Shown here piece after piece: positions 35,157 through 48,179 of a DNA stretch of 64,000 nt; within the stretch, counting starts at the first letter, position 1; every line of letters starts with the position of its first letter. The translations under genes were made by a program, and so were the position numbers. Where the stretch lies: positions 120,389,933 through 120,453,932 of the forward strand of contig NC_068984.1 of NCBI RefSeq assembly GCF_001194135.2, given 5' to 3'. Below the pieces are notes generated by a model that worked only from the letters and a program-made list of their open reading frames with translations, was not told the origin of the DNA and searched no databases. Origin of the DNA: Octopus bimaculoides (taxonomy: Eukaryota).

Positions 35157-36640
35157 TTGTAAAAAAAACATCATATAAACATGTCTATGGCTTGGATTGA
35201 CTTTAAGAAGGCATATGATATGATGCCTCGTTCTTGGCTCGTTGAATGCCAGCAGATGTTTGGTGGTGCTGACAATATCACAAATTTCCTGATGCATAGC
35301 ATGAAAGAGTTGAAAACCAAACTGTACTCAAGTAATGTATTCCTTGGAGAAGTTGATATTAAAAGGGGTATAATGCAAGGTGACTTGTTTTCTCCGTTAC
35401 TATTTGTAATTGCACTATTACGCATAACAATGACACATAGGAAAGTTAAGATAGGTTACCAATGTGGGAAGAAAGGCCCATCCTTGAACTATCTTCTGTT
35501 TATGGATGACCTGAAATTGTTTGAGAAATCTGAAAAACAGATTCCTTAACCAAAATGGTCCAGAAGTGTGGTAGGGACATCGATATGGAATTTGGGATTA
35601 CTAAATGCTCAGTACTTAATATGAAAAGAGGGAAGAAAGCAGCCTGCAGAGGATTGCGGTTATCATCAGGAGAGACCATGGGTGAACTCGACGGTAGTGG
35701 GTATAGATATTTAGGGATTTTGGAGCTGGATGACGTTCTACACACAGAAATGAAATTCAAGGTCAGTGAGGCGTATCAAAAAAAGGTGAAGGTGGTGTTG
35801 AAATCCAACCTGAATGCCAAAAATTTGATTACCACAATGAATATCTGGGCAGTTGTAGTGGTCAGATATAGTGTATCCATCCTCAAATGGACTAAGGAGG
35901 AAATATCAACACTGGATAGAAGGACGAGAAAGTTGATGACGCTGCATGGGGCGCTACACCCTAAAGCAAACATAACCAAACTGTATATGAAAAGAAAGAA
36001 TAGTGGCAGAGGACTAATTAGTATAGACCATTGTATAAGGAGTGAAAGAATACAAGCATTGCCATGATAAAGTGTGTATGTATCTTCATTGGCTCTTATG
36101 CTGTAAATACCAATATGAAGTAACAAAGAACTGGTATGAGTGTGTACCAAGTAAAGTTATGCAAGAGGATGAAAAAGTAATGATACTCTGTGACTATGAT
36201 TTTCAGACGGATTGTATAATCAAACACCATTAACCAGGTATTGTCATATTGAATAAGAGAGACAAATACTGTCAGATCATTGATGTAGCCATATCAAATG
36301 ACATGAATGTTGTGAGTAAAGAGGTTGAAAAAATCACCAAGTACTCCGAATTGAAAGTAGAAATGGCAAGATTGTATGGAATGCGAGAGGGTAATGTAAA
36401 AGCATTGAGCTCAATCCCATTGAAACTTCAAGACTTCTTAAGGCAACTGGAAATCCCATGCAAGATTGATGTCTTGCAAAAAACTGCCTTATTGGGCACA
36501 GTGCACAATTTTAGGAAAGTATTATCTGTCTGGGGTCCTTGTTGTGATTTGACAGATGACTAAAGACTCTGGTGAATTTTTACCTACTCTGTGTTATGAA
36601 GGAATAATAATAATAATGATGATAATAATAATAATAATAT
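35157..36640 (+). mobile_element. R4/Dong-clade non-LTR retrotransposon (RT + restriction-like endonuclease), 5'-truncated, internally deleted and disrupted, flanked by (TAA)n
   Basis: Broken ORFs 35181-35549, 35555-36067, 36042-36233 and 36249-36563. RT motifs: MAWIDFKKAYD, GIMQGDLFSPLLF, LLFMDDLKLF, YRYLGILE, LYMKRKNSGRGLIS. RLE region: LHWLLCCKY..WY..P, FQTD..IKHH*PGIV, IIDVAI, EKITKY. (AAT)n at 35119-35156 and 36603-36640. Confidence 0.9.
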
Positions 36641-36657
36641 GAATATCAACAACAACT

Positions 36658-36785
36658 CATTTTAATTTTGGCACAAGGCCAGTAACTTTAGGGGAAGGGT
36701 AAGTTAATTACATAGACCCTGATAGGATGAAAGACAATGTCAACCTCAGTGGAATTTGAATTCAGAATGTTAAGAAATATCATCG
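36658..36785 (-). mobile_element. SINE-B fragment whose tail abuts the Dong (AAT)n tail
   Basis: TTTTGGCACAAGGCCAG..GGATGAAAGACAATGTCAACCTCAGTGGAATTTGAATTCAGAA is the reverse complement of SINE-B. Confidence 0.7.
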
Positions 36786-37490
36786 AGTTTTGTCTGACAC
36801 ACTTTTGTTTTGCCTAGGGTTAGCCCTGGTCAAGTAAATAAACTATGATCAAAGGCATTCCAGCCATGGTCATCTTACCTGTTTTTGGATATTGTTAACT
36901 ACACTGTTTATTGAAGACAATAAGACTTGAAAGGGATTTGGCTGCCATTTTGAAGCAGGTCGACCATGTGGAATCTCCCTTGGTGATTCAGATTTTATAA
37001 CAATGTTATTTGAAAGGAATGATATGCAGAGCTAGGCTTGTGGCTAAATCTCCAGTTTACTTTACAAGAGAAGAAACAAAGAATCTAATGTTAGCCATTA
37101 TAATGTGCTGTGTTGCTGAGATGCTTGCATTGAAGGTTGTTAGTTGAATGCTGTTGTTGCAGAAAGTGCAGGAATACTATGAAAGGGATCACTGAGATAT
37201 AGTTTAATGATGATAGAACACAGGATCACCACCTCCAGTTCCCCCTCCCCTCTCAAAGGATCTTTGTCTTGCAAGTTACTTGGTGACCCTGCCAGTGCTG
37301 GTGGCGCATAGAAAGCATCCAATCCACACTGGGCATTGAATAGAGGGGATTTGTAAAAGCTGGATAGTGGTAAATCTAGTTTGAGAAATAATTTTAGTAC
37401 TAATTTATATTAACTTGTGTTACTGAATAAATGCTACTTCCACTGTATTTAGGAAAATCTTGTCAATTTCAAAAATCATATTGGTCTTTT

Positions 37491-37714
37491 ACAATCTTTT
37501 GTTACCAGATTTTCTGTTGAAATACACTGCCTTAGTTGCAATTAATTTTTTGAAAATCATGAAGAATCAAATAATTTTGTCGTTAAGCTGGTGTTTGGAA
37601 TGTAAATTAACATGAAACCTTTTTTTAGGAGACTTAAATGTTGATTACTTGAAAATGGAATCTGTATTATGGAATCAGGGGTGGTTTGAAGTGGGTTAGT
37701 ATCAAAAGTGATAA
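37491..37714. mobile_element. MITE P1
   Basis: CTTTTGTTACCAG..CTGTTGAAATACACTGCC..GGGTTAGTATCAAAAG. Confidence 0.7.
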
Positions 37715-38434
37715 TGACCTTTGTTGTTGTTAAGTACAAAGACAATTGAGTCAAGACCATTCTAATTGATTATAGTGAAATTTGGCTGAGTGACTGAATA
37801 AGAGGTTCAGTTTGGCTTGTATAATGACCTATTTATCTTAGAGTAAATAGAACAAGTTTTGATTGGGCAGTTCAGTTATCTGAATTAAATATCCAACTTG
37901 CAATTTGGGAAGCAAGAAAATATTCACATATTTAAATAATGTTCATTGTTTTTTCATTTGAGATACCGCAGTATACTGATTTTAAGAGGACTTTTAGATG
38001 CAGTGTTGAGAGATTTATAACACTAACTATTCAACTGAATAATCAGCTTGGAACACTGATGAAAATGAAAGAAAATTAACTAAAAGTATCACAGTAATAT
38101 GATTCTTTTGGAATAAATTGAAAAACGCTGATCTAAAGTGTCTCTTTTGATTTGTTCATCAGATGCTTCATAAGTGAATTTATACTTTCAGCATCTCAGC
38201 ACAAAGCTTTGTGCAAACAAATAATGGCAATATTTCATATTTTGATAAAATTTAAATGATGGACTAAAAAAGATACTGAACCCTAATTGCAGGATGAAAC
38301 ATATTTGTTTCAAGATTTTTTTAATATAGTTCAATCAAATTGTTGTTGATTTTTCTTTAGAGAAAAGCTTTTCCTCCCAGTGCTACCCCTTCAAATTTTC
38401 CCTAGAGTTTACCAGAACAACTTATTTATTCACT

Positions 38435-38660
38435 TTAACCCTTTTACACTCAGATTATTCTGCCAAATGTAAGACTTTTTCATCCAAATTGTTTTTAATT
38501 AATCATACATTATTTTGTAGACTCAAAATTTTGATGATGTGATCTTATATTTTATAATGACATTGAAGGTCAGACATGATAGGGTGGATCTGGATGGTTA
38601 GAATATAAATCAGGTAGCATATTAGGGCTGGATATGGTCTGTTAAATGCTAAAGGGTTAA
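38435..38660. mobile_element. MITE P2
   Basis: TTAA|CCCTTTTACA ... AAATGCTAAAGGG|TTAA; shared internal GGCTGGATATGG. Confidence 0.82.
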
Positions 38661-39159
38661 TAGTGTGTACACATTTCTGAGCTAAAGTGTTTTCCACGTT
38701 TTTACCATATAATTAAATCATATTTGACAGCTTAGCATTTCAGTATTGTTTTTTGTTTAATTTTGAACTGTTTATATTGTTAATATTTAACCTGAATATA
38801 ATACCTTTTTACTAGTCTGTAATTATGAAAGTAGGATGTCGACCTTCTTTAATTGGTTTAGTTACTCCTCTTTATTTGCTGCCATTATTACCCATTGTAC
38901 AACACTTGCTCTCTTTCTAAACAAGAAAACAAAACTTAAGTCAACAGCTAATACATGTGTTAGTTTATAATCTGTGATGTGTTCACTAGTCATGGCTGTT
39001 GTAAAACTACAACAGAATGGACACAATGTGGTACTGGTTGTTGAGTTGTTCAACCGGGTTTGTTTCACACTATTGTTTTATCACTTACTGATTGAATTAA
39101 TGATGTGTAATTGTTCTTTTTAAGTATTGTTATTAAATATAACAACAATAGGCACACAG

Positions 39160-39196
<37 letters not shown>

Positions 39197-39721
39197 CATA
39201 TGCACACACATACACATATATATTTGTATATGTGTGGAGGTTAAAAGGAATCAATTATATAATATAAAATATTATATAATTTATGTTTGGTTTCTAGATA
39301 GGCACTTTAGGTAGGTAATGTTGAAGTGGCTGAACAATCGAGATATTTGAATTATCAAGCTCACAGACTGCAAATATAGATCTACTGCTTTTGCTGGGTT
39401 ATGTTTCTAGTCACAACATTTTAAAATCTGCTTTGTCTCAGTTTACCTAGTAGGAAGGAATATGCATTAGATAATCTGGGAATTTTACTTGCAATACACC
39501 TGCGCCTTATCCAAGGGGATGGGAAGGGTTTATATTTCAGCTGTTTCATGACATGAAACCAGCTCTGATAGCTCTTTCTCAGGCCTTAGGAGTGGTGTTT
39601 CTTTCTCTCCTCTAAACATTGAAAAGTAATCTTCTGACTGTTGTTTCAAATGGTCTTTCCTTGTATTCTGTTATCTGATAAAAGTGAAGTATATACACAC
39701 ACACACACACGTATGTGTGTA

Positions 39722-39760
<39 letters not shown>

Positions 39761-40785
39761 NNNNNNNNNNNNNNNNNNNNNNNNNNNNNNNNNNNNNNNN
39801 NNNNNNNNNNNNNNNNNNNNNNNNNNNNNNNNNNNNNNNNNNNNNNNNNNNNNNNNNNNNNNNNNNNNNNNNNNNNNNNNNNNNNNNNNNNNNNNNNNNN
39901 NNNNNNNNNNNNNNNNNNNNNNNNNNNNNNNNNNNNNNNNNNNNNNNNNNNNNNNNNNNNNNNNNNNNNNNNNNNNNNNNNNNNNNNNNNNNNNNNNNNN
40001 NNNNNNNNNNNNNNNNNNNNNNNNNNNNNNNNNNNNNNNNNNNNNNNNNNNNNNNNNNNNNNNNNNNNNNNNNATTATTTATTCTGTATGATATAGTATG
40101 TTTATGGTGTGATAAACTGAAAATTTGGAAGGCTCTTTTGAAGAAATGAAATTGTAATTACCTTGAAAGAAACGGCACCTTGAAGTTTAAAATGTTTGCT
40201 CAAGTTGGCCTCAATATAGTGGGCAAACATAATATGAATGAGAAGCTATGAAAGGATCTTGATGTAGAGGCCATGATGACTAGATAGTATTTCATACCTA
40301 TCTCAAATGTCTGTGGCAAATCAAGCCAGTGAAAGGAAGGTTTTGCTTCTAATTTTACTCAGTTGAAAACCAAAAATGTTTTCTGTGTAGTGCTCTTGAC
40401 TCCTTCAACAGTAGCAACACCATAACCAAGTGTGACAGGCTCACAAAACAGTTTCAGACCCCTATTGACTCTAATCCACCCAAGGCTGCCCATGGCTAAA
40501 TTTAAGCTTTCATAGTTAATTTATGTTCCAAACCTCAGCTTAATAATGACACAGTTTACTAAATCTTTCATTAATTTCAAAAGTAATTTAAGTAAAAACT
40601 GTGTTTCAAGAGAAGTATGATAACAAAAGGGCTAAAATTTTAAACTTTACAAGGTCTATTCAGTAAATACCAGAAACCTTGTTGAAAAAGCATTCTTATA
40701 GTAGCAGATACTACACATCTGCAAGCAGTATAGCTTTTTCTAAGGTCATTATTTCTTGTTGATGAAAAAAGAAAAAAAAAATACA

Positions 40786-40982
40786 AAGGAGTGGCTGTGT
40801 GGTAAGTAGCTTGCTTACCAACCACATGGTTCCGGGTTCATTCCCACTGCGTGGCACCTTGGGCAAGTGTCTTCTACTATAGCCTCGGGCCAACCAAAGC
40901 CTTGTGAGTGGATTTGGTAGACGGAAACTGAAAGAAGCCCGTCATATATATGTATATATATATATATATATGTGCGTGTGTT

Positions 40983-41055
<73 letters not shown>

Positions 41056-41238
41056 GTGTCTGTGTTCTCCCCACCCCAACATCACTTGACAAACCAATGG
41101 TGGTGTGTTTACATCCCCATAACCTAGCTGTTTGGCAAAAGAAACCGATAGAATAAGTACTAGGCTTCCAAAGAATAAGTTCTGGGGTCCATTTGCTCGA
41201 CTAAGGGTAGTGACTGAAACAAGTAAAAGAATAAAAGA
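40786..41238 (+). mobile_element. SINE-A, best-preserved copy: tRNA-like head + CORE-like block + internal (TA/TG)n + 3' tail 1
   Basis: A-box-like GTGGCTGTGTGG, B-box-like GGGTTCATTCCC; CACCTTGGGCAAGTGTCTT resembles the MIR/CORE GACCTTGGGCAAGT; tail GATAGAATAAGTACTAGGC..GACTGAAACAAGTAAAAG. tRNA-derived octopus SINEs (OK/OR families) are known, but I cannot assign which one this is. Confidence 0.88.
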
Positions 41239-43762
41239 AAGAGTAGCTGCTAAAAGAAGCCCCCCCCCCTCATCTCCTCTCTCAGCCATTACTTGTGTTT
41301 ATAGCCATATTTGTTATGAAGAAAGTATGGCAACAGAAGGACAAAGAGTAGAACATGTTCAAGAAAGAGAAAGGTTAAGTAGAAGTAAGTCAACCAGAAC
41401 TCAAGTCTTTTAAACATGGTATCATATATTGTTTTAATTTTTGTGCTGTGACAGAACTATGTGGGAGCTGATAGTCACATGAACTAGAGGAAAAATATTG
41501 CAGGAAGGAAAGAGTTCATGCTTATAACTGGACTGGACAGAGTGTTCAGAAATCTGGTTAAAACCATCCATTGGTGAGGGAGTGTGGTTCACAAGCCTTG
41601 GCTCCTGTTTGTTTAGATTTTAACAGCATCTAATATTCTAAGGAAGTGAAACTTACTTCTCTGCTGTGAAGGAGTGTTCTTAAAACCAAGTGTCTGAATA
41701 GGAAAAGCTGGGGATTAGCATGGAGACAAGGTTATATGATAGATGAAAGGAAGATGGATTATTCAGTGACTGTAAATAATCCATATATGAATTAATATTC
41801 CTTAATATTTTCACTTTATTTACCAGTCTTGTGGAAAATAAATGGCAAAGTCTTTGGGAGATGCTTGATGAATCATGAGAATATTTTGGATTACTAGTTT
41901 ATTTATTTATCTTGTATTTGGATGACGATGCAGTGCAGTCCATTCTGGAGTATTTTTAAAAAGTAACTTTAATGTTTTATCTTTTTCACTTTATTTGGCA
42001 TTCTTTACATATTTATAAGATTATAAATTTAATCAAATAGGTTATAAAATTGATGCTTGATTTAGGCTAGTTTTGTAGGAAATGCAACTGGATAAAGTAC
42101 ATTTGATAGCTATTTTATCAACCCTAGAGGATTATAAGGCAATGTAGATACAAATGAGAAAGCATGAATATAAATATCTTAAAACATTTAGTCAAGCACT
42201 CTTTCATTTGTAGCATTTTTTTAATTAAGCAATATCAATTACTCACTTAAGCACAAAACCTATATATTCATAAAAAGCAAAACAATAAAAAAACCCTGAG
42301 AAATGAGACTAACATTTATACCCTCATCAGAAGAATTATTAAGGGAAGTGAATTAGTTTCAAATTGGAATCAAAACCAACCCCAAAATTCTCTTCATTTG
42401 GAGTATTTTTTCTTTATAGCACTGGATATTGTTTTATTTTTTGTCTTTATTCTGTGAAATTCACATTAAAAATACACATGTATGCACACACAAGTGTGTG
42501 TATGCACATGTATCTATATACTAATGTTCATGTTTCACTGTATGTGTGCACATATATGAAAGTACATAGTTTTTGTGTATGGTATGCACATACATGCATG
42601 CATCTAGACATACCTGCATGTGTGTAAGTGTACTCTGTGTCTGACAGTATCTTAATCTTACATTTTGTTTTGGATAAGCTTTTCATAGTCTAGTAGTAAA
42701 TTATCTCAGCTATTTTGAATATTGATAAATTTCTCTTCTAAGTCTTTTATGTACTTCAAACTATTTTAATACCACTTCGCCAACCTAGTTTCTCCACCAC
42801 CTCTTCCCAGCTCATTGCAGTCAAGTAATATTCGGAATATAAAATCTTTTACAGTAAGTGGCCAAGATGCTTGACTAAGAGGAGTAATTGTAAATAAATG
42901 TGTCAGTTGCAGATACTCAGATTTAATACATCATTTCAGATTTGAAGAATTTATATTTTTTAAGGTTATTAATATCATCTAGTTATTGGTAAGAAGTTGT
43001 AAGTCTCAAGATTAACATGGAAAGTGAATTAAAGTAAGAGAAACTCTTTGGCTACATGATGTACAAGGTGCCCAACATTTGTTAGTACAAGTTTTAGCAG
43101 TTTATGATTTTTTAAAATTATTATTCATATTCCTTAACAACCTTGTTGGACATATTATGTCGAAAGAGTCCTTTGGGCCAATCAAATAGTTCATTGAGCC
43201 TCAGAAACATTTTAGTGTTATTCTTCATTGTGTGAGGATGATTTACCTTCATAAAAGATTCTTCTGTAAACAGAATTCTTCTTACAAAAGCAAATGCAAA
43301 TCTCTTAGAGAAGTTTCACTGACTCAAAATATAACAGCTTGTGATTTTCTTGTTTTATATACATGGTAAATGTTACGCATACCAGTATTTTAATTTAAGG
43401 TTGTTTCAAGTGCAAATATTAATTTTTGTTCTTGCCTGGTTAGCTTTTCTACAAATCAGTAGATATTTTGTTGATTGATTTCTATATCAGAACAGCTCAG
43501 AATGTCGGGTATTTGTCACTGAAGAGACTAAATTGTGTTGAAACACCATGTCTGGTGACAAAAACCCTGTATTTTTAACACACAAGTTTCTTTGGAAAGT
43601 TTCTCTGAAAGAAAATATTACAGCTAGTGTCATTCCATATTTCTATACTCATTATATGTTATACACACTGGTTTTTTTTAAATATGCTAATTTCCAGGCA
43701 TTGGTATGTAATAGTTACTTCTCTATTTTAAAACTGCTAGTCTGATGAAGGCCCAGCTACAC

Positions 43763-43965
43763 CAGGGGTTCTCAACCATTTTTTATCCATGGACCCCTTT
43801 GATTTCTGTTTTACTTGGATGGACCCTTATAACCATTCAATGTTTAAAAAAATCCCATTATATTGTGTACTGTTGAAGTATAATTAATTTATTAGAGATA
43901 AATTTTATCAACAAAATCCTATGTGGACCCCAAAGGGTCATATGGACCCTTGTTGAGAATCACTG
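43763..43965. mobile_element. hAT/Charlie-type MITE
   Basis: TIRs CAGGGGTTCTCAAC / GTTGAGAATCACTG; subterminal GGACCCC repeats; flanks AGCTACAC / CTCTATAC (5 of 8 matching, Charlie-like target). Confidence 0.8.
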
Positions 43966-44299
43966 CTCTATACCTTCTTAGATTTGGGATCAAGTTTGAT
44001 GGAATGTGGTTGATGTTAATATTTAATTTAGATTGTTGCATGTTGATACTTGCATCATTTTAATATTTTTTGTTTATTGTGTTACGCTGTTGTGTAATAC
44101 AGTCTAGTGAGGAAGAAAGGCAAAGTTGACGTTGGTGGGTTTTGAACACAAATGATTTATTCTTTCATATTGTCATATGGCTAGGCATTTGTAAAGGATG
44201 GAATACAGTTGATCAAATGGTTACAATTTATTTCATCAATCCTGAAGGGATAAAAGACAAATTCAACTCCATCAAGGTTTTAATTCAGTACCTTATGTT

Positions 44300-44545
44300 A
44301 AAGTAAAAGGTAAAGCTACCTTCTCAAATCATACCAACTCATAAGGGCTGGTTTCCTAGTTTCATGGCATATATATTCCCCACCTGGATGAGATGCCAGT
44401 CTGTTGAAAGATTACTCATTTTTGCCAGCTGAGTGGACTGGAGCAACATGAAATGAAGTGCTTTGCTCAAGAACACAATGCATCGCCCAGTCCAGGAATT
44501 GAAACCAGAATCTTACGATCATAGTCCAACACCCTAACCACTGAA
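44300..44545 (-). mobile_element. SINE-D head/core with a different tail (tail Y)
   Basis: Reverse complement CAGTGGTTAGGGTGTTGGACTATGATCGTAAG..TGTGTTCTTGAGCAAAGCACTT..CCAGTCCACTCAGCTGGCAAAAATGAGTA matches 16730-16835, then diverges. Confidence 0.8.
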
Positions 44546-44577
44546 CACTAACCACATGACTAAATACTTTGGTACAT

Positions 44578-44788
44578 TTAACCCCTTTTGTTACTAACTG
44601 TTTCTACTGAAATACACTGCATTTTTTAATAAGTAATTTTGAAAATAATGAAGAATTTAGTAAAATGACTGTTGTTACAAAGCAGGCTGGAACATTTTGA
44701 TGGAAGGCTTTACTTTAAATGATTTTAAGACTGGAAGTTTGCATCATAGAACCAGGTTGTCTTGAGTAGGTTGGTATCAGAAGGGTTG
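44578..44788. mobile_element. MITE P1
   Basis: TTAACCCCTTTTGTTAC..GAAATACACTGC..GGTTGGTATCAGAAGGGTT. Confidence 0.75.
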
Positions 44789-45514
44789 ATCTCATGGGCT
44801 ATCATTGTTATTTTTTTATTCCAAGTATATGGAATGCCATAAAAAAATGTTTCAGGTTGGTATGCATGTGTAGGATGTATATGACATAAGATCTTAAGAT
44901 GTGCTGTTCATCATGACTTTTCATTCCCTGAGAATTTTAGTTCTGAGTGAAGGCGGTTAGACATTTCATGAGGGTTTATTATTTACTATTTTATAAATAA
45001 TAAATTTTGTAGAAACCCTTTCTTTATCAATTTTATTTATTAGATGTTAACCCTTGTATTGCTTATTCAAATTTCATGCTAGTTCATAACAATTTTCTAA
45101 ATGATTTTAGTCAGTTATATATATTTAGTTATTCTTTCAGAAACTACATTTTCGATCCATTTTTCATTTTAGCATGAACTGCTATATATTTTCTCTGTTT
45201 AATCATTTATTTATTTTATTGCAAAAATTCTAATATTTTTAAACATAATATTAAAACAGTTATTTTTTTTCTGCCAATCTGGATTTAGTAAGGTTTGAAA
45301 TCATGACTATAATCATTTATAATCCATTAATAATTCACTAATAATTGTGTCTCGTGAAAAATTGGCAAAACGTTGTTGAACATATTGATGCTCATAAAGC
45401 TGTATTTGTATTTGTTTTACAGAACATTTTTGTTGAGATATATATAATCAATATGGGATTTGATTTAGCATTTTATACTAAAATATTAACGTTTACAAAA
45501 CATAAATATACAAG

Positions 45515-45826
45515 CACAGTTGTGGCTGTGTGGTAAGAAGCTATTTTCCCAACCATGTGGTCTTGAGTTCAGTCTCACTGTACAGCACCTTGGGCAAGTG
45601 TCTTCTACTGTTGCCCCAAGCAATAGTATATATAGTATATATATATATATATATATGTGTGTGTCTTTGTGTTTGTCCTTCACCACTGTTTTACAACTGA
45701 TATTAGTTTGTTTATGTCCCTGTAACTTAACAGTTTGGCTTAAGGGACCAATATAATAATTACCAGGCTTAAAAAAAAATAAGTATTGGGGTTGACTAGT
45801 TCAACTAAAACCCTTCAATGTAGTGT
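45515..45826 (+). mobile_element. SINE-A
   Basis: GTGGCTGTGTGGTAAG..CACCTTGGGCAAGTGTCTTCTACT..(TA)n..GTCCCTGTAACTTAACAG..GGGGTTGACTAG. Confidence 0.75.
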
Positions 45827-45954
45827 CAAGTGGAGATGGGGGACAAACACAAGCAAAGGCACTAACTCATTTATATATATGTTTATACATCTCTCTCTCT
45901 CTCTCTCTTCTCCTCTCCCCCTCTCTTCCCCTCTCTCCCCTCTATATAATTGAC

Positions 45955-46085
45955 GAGCTTCTTTCAGGTTTTGTCTACCAAATCCACTCACAGTGCTTTG
46001 GTTGGTTAAGGTGCCATGCAGTGAGACTGAACTCAAGATCACATGGTTCAAAAGCTAGCTTCTCAACCACACAGCCATGCTGTCA
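45955..46085 (-). mobile_element. SINE-A head, inverted relative to the copy at 45515
   Basis: CTACCAAATCCACTCAC..GGTGCCATGCAGTGAGACTGAAC..CAACCACACAGCCATGC. Confidence 0.7.
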
Positions 46086-47349
46086 TGCTTCCACCTATTC
46101 TGCAACAACCACAAGATATGATAACTGTTTGCATACAATAATTTTGTTCAAATGCATGGTATCCTTTGTGCTTAGCCAAACTTTCAGTTTTGTTCTTTCC
46201 TTCCCACAAGAACATGGTTTTTTTAAAGCATCAAGAATTATCAACAGTAGGCATGATAGGGTTAAAAATAATCTGAACGGATTAGTGAAAGGTCATTGCT
46301 ATCAGTGTCAGAATATAAACAAGGAAAAGATTTTGTACTCAAATCTGCCATAACATCAAAAGCAGAATCAAAACAAACAAATGCTTCTTCTATGAATTCT
46401 GTATTATTTTGCTTCTGTTGTCAGCTGTCAAGATATTAATACAAAATAATTACTTTCAGGAGGTAAATTCATTTCTGATTCAATTTCTAGTGAAGTCCTA
46501 GCAAAGACTAAAACAAAATATAATGTGAAATTATAACTAGGATACTATTTATTGTCTACTAAATATATATCATCGTATGTTTTTATATCTTGTTGTTCAG
46601 TCGGTTAATAACTATGGCAAAGTTCCAGGTTTTACTTATAAAAAAATATAAGTGTTAAATAGAGGTGTTTTCTTGTACGTTTTCCAATTAGCTGTTTCTC
46701 GTGTGAAAAAAGCCAAATATCACCTTATGAATATATATGACAATGCCAGCATTCTTAAGTTATATTTAGCCTAGTCAAACATGCAATAACATTGAAAAGT
46801 TTATTATAGTCAACTTGACCTCTTTGGACAACTTAAATATTGTTCTACAGGTGGAAACACGATAGGCTTTCAATGACTGATAGCTGATGGTAGAACTAGG
46901 TCAAGAAAAACCTGCAGTGAAAGCGGTTGCAAAATGAATCACTTGTCTGATGTGCTAAGTTAAGCAATGCCTTGCTGTTTGAAGGAGAGGGAATGACAAA
47001 GAAGAAGAAGAAAGAGCAGGATAAAAGAGACTAAGAATATTTTAAATTGCTGCAGCTTTGGCTACAACAGAATAAACTTGACTATGTTTATTAAATACAT
47101 GAATGTTTGAGATGAGTTATTGTTAATGCAATTATGATATTTTGGACTTTTAGTCTCAATTTTAGAGTTGAGATATCATCATTATCACCATCATCATCAT
47201 CATGCTTTCATGTTGGACTGCAAACAAATGGCATTGTCAGGAAGCCAGTGTTTACAAACCAGCAAAGATAAAGGAAATTTGAACTCACACTCACACAAAC
47301 ACACAAATGTGCATACACACATGCACACACACACACACGACACATATGG

Positions 47350-47480
47350 TATGCTCCTTTCAGTTTCTGTATAATATATTCACTCACAAAGCTTTAGTTG
47401 GCCTAAGTCTATAGCAGAAGACACTTGCACAAAGTATCCTGCAGTAGAACTGAACCTGAAACAACATAGTTGGGAAACGA
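47350..47480 (-). mobile_element. SINE-A head fragment
   Basis: CTATAGCAGAAGACACTTGCAC..GCAGTAGAACTGAACCTG. Confidence 0.65.
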
Positions 47481-47619
47481 TCTACAATACATTCACTACA
47501 TTTTCATAATGTTGGTCACTGATCATCATCAGGTGACATGTATGAGTTTATAATAACAGACTGCATTCAAACTAAGAACTTCGTTTTGTAAATTAATGAA
47601 GGTAACACTTTTTTAATAA

Positions 47620-47831
47620 TTGTATAGGTCAGATGGAATTCATTCCTCAAGGTAGATTTTCTATAAATGAATGCCCTTCCTAGCATCAATCCTCACCTGT
47701 TTCTAAGCAAATTAATATTTCCCCTTAGATGGACATTTTTTTATGAGGAAGACTAGAAATGAGGGACACCACTTATATGACATTGATGCTCATTTATAAC
47801 CATCATGTGATGTCAAGAGAGGGAGACACAT

Positions 47832-47897
<66 letters not shown>

Positions 47898-48030
47898 CAG
47901 GCTTCTTTTAGTTTCTGTCAGTCAAATCTGCTCATAAGGATTTAATTGGACTGGAGTTATGGTTGATGACAACTGTGTAAGGTGTCATCTTACACAGGGG
48001 CTGAACCCTTTCTCAGCCACAGAGCTATGT
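47620..48030 (-). mobile_element. SINE-A head + microsatellite + RTE-type tail 2, degenerate
   Basis: GGTCAGATGGAATTC..GAATGCCCTTCCTAGC..TAATATTTCCCC; head remnant GACAGGCTTCTTTTAGTTTCTG. Confidence 0.6.
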
Positions 48031-48179
48031 ATGTATCTCCTTTCAACAATATGATTGCTGGAAAATACTTTAGGACTGTATTACTTACTCTTTGCAAATT
48101 TTAATACTGTGATCTGAAAAGCTTTAAAGGCAATTGCCAAGGGAGGCAACTCCACTAAAATAAATCTGAATATTTAAAG

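Noticed and set aside
43742-43762. CTGATGAAGG hammerhead-like core
   Set aside because: No matching GAAA or stems nearby; followed directly by a hAT MITE.
45823-46353. 176-aa ORF
   Set aside because: Composed of SINE-A, a CT-repeat and AT-rich sequence; no protein motif.
46850-47040. Possible plus-strand exon after TTGTTCTACAG
   Set aside because: Stops in the frames read and only weak donors.
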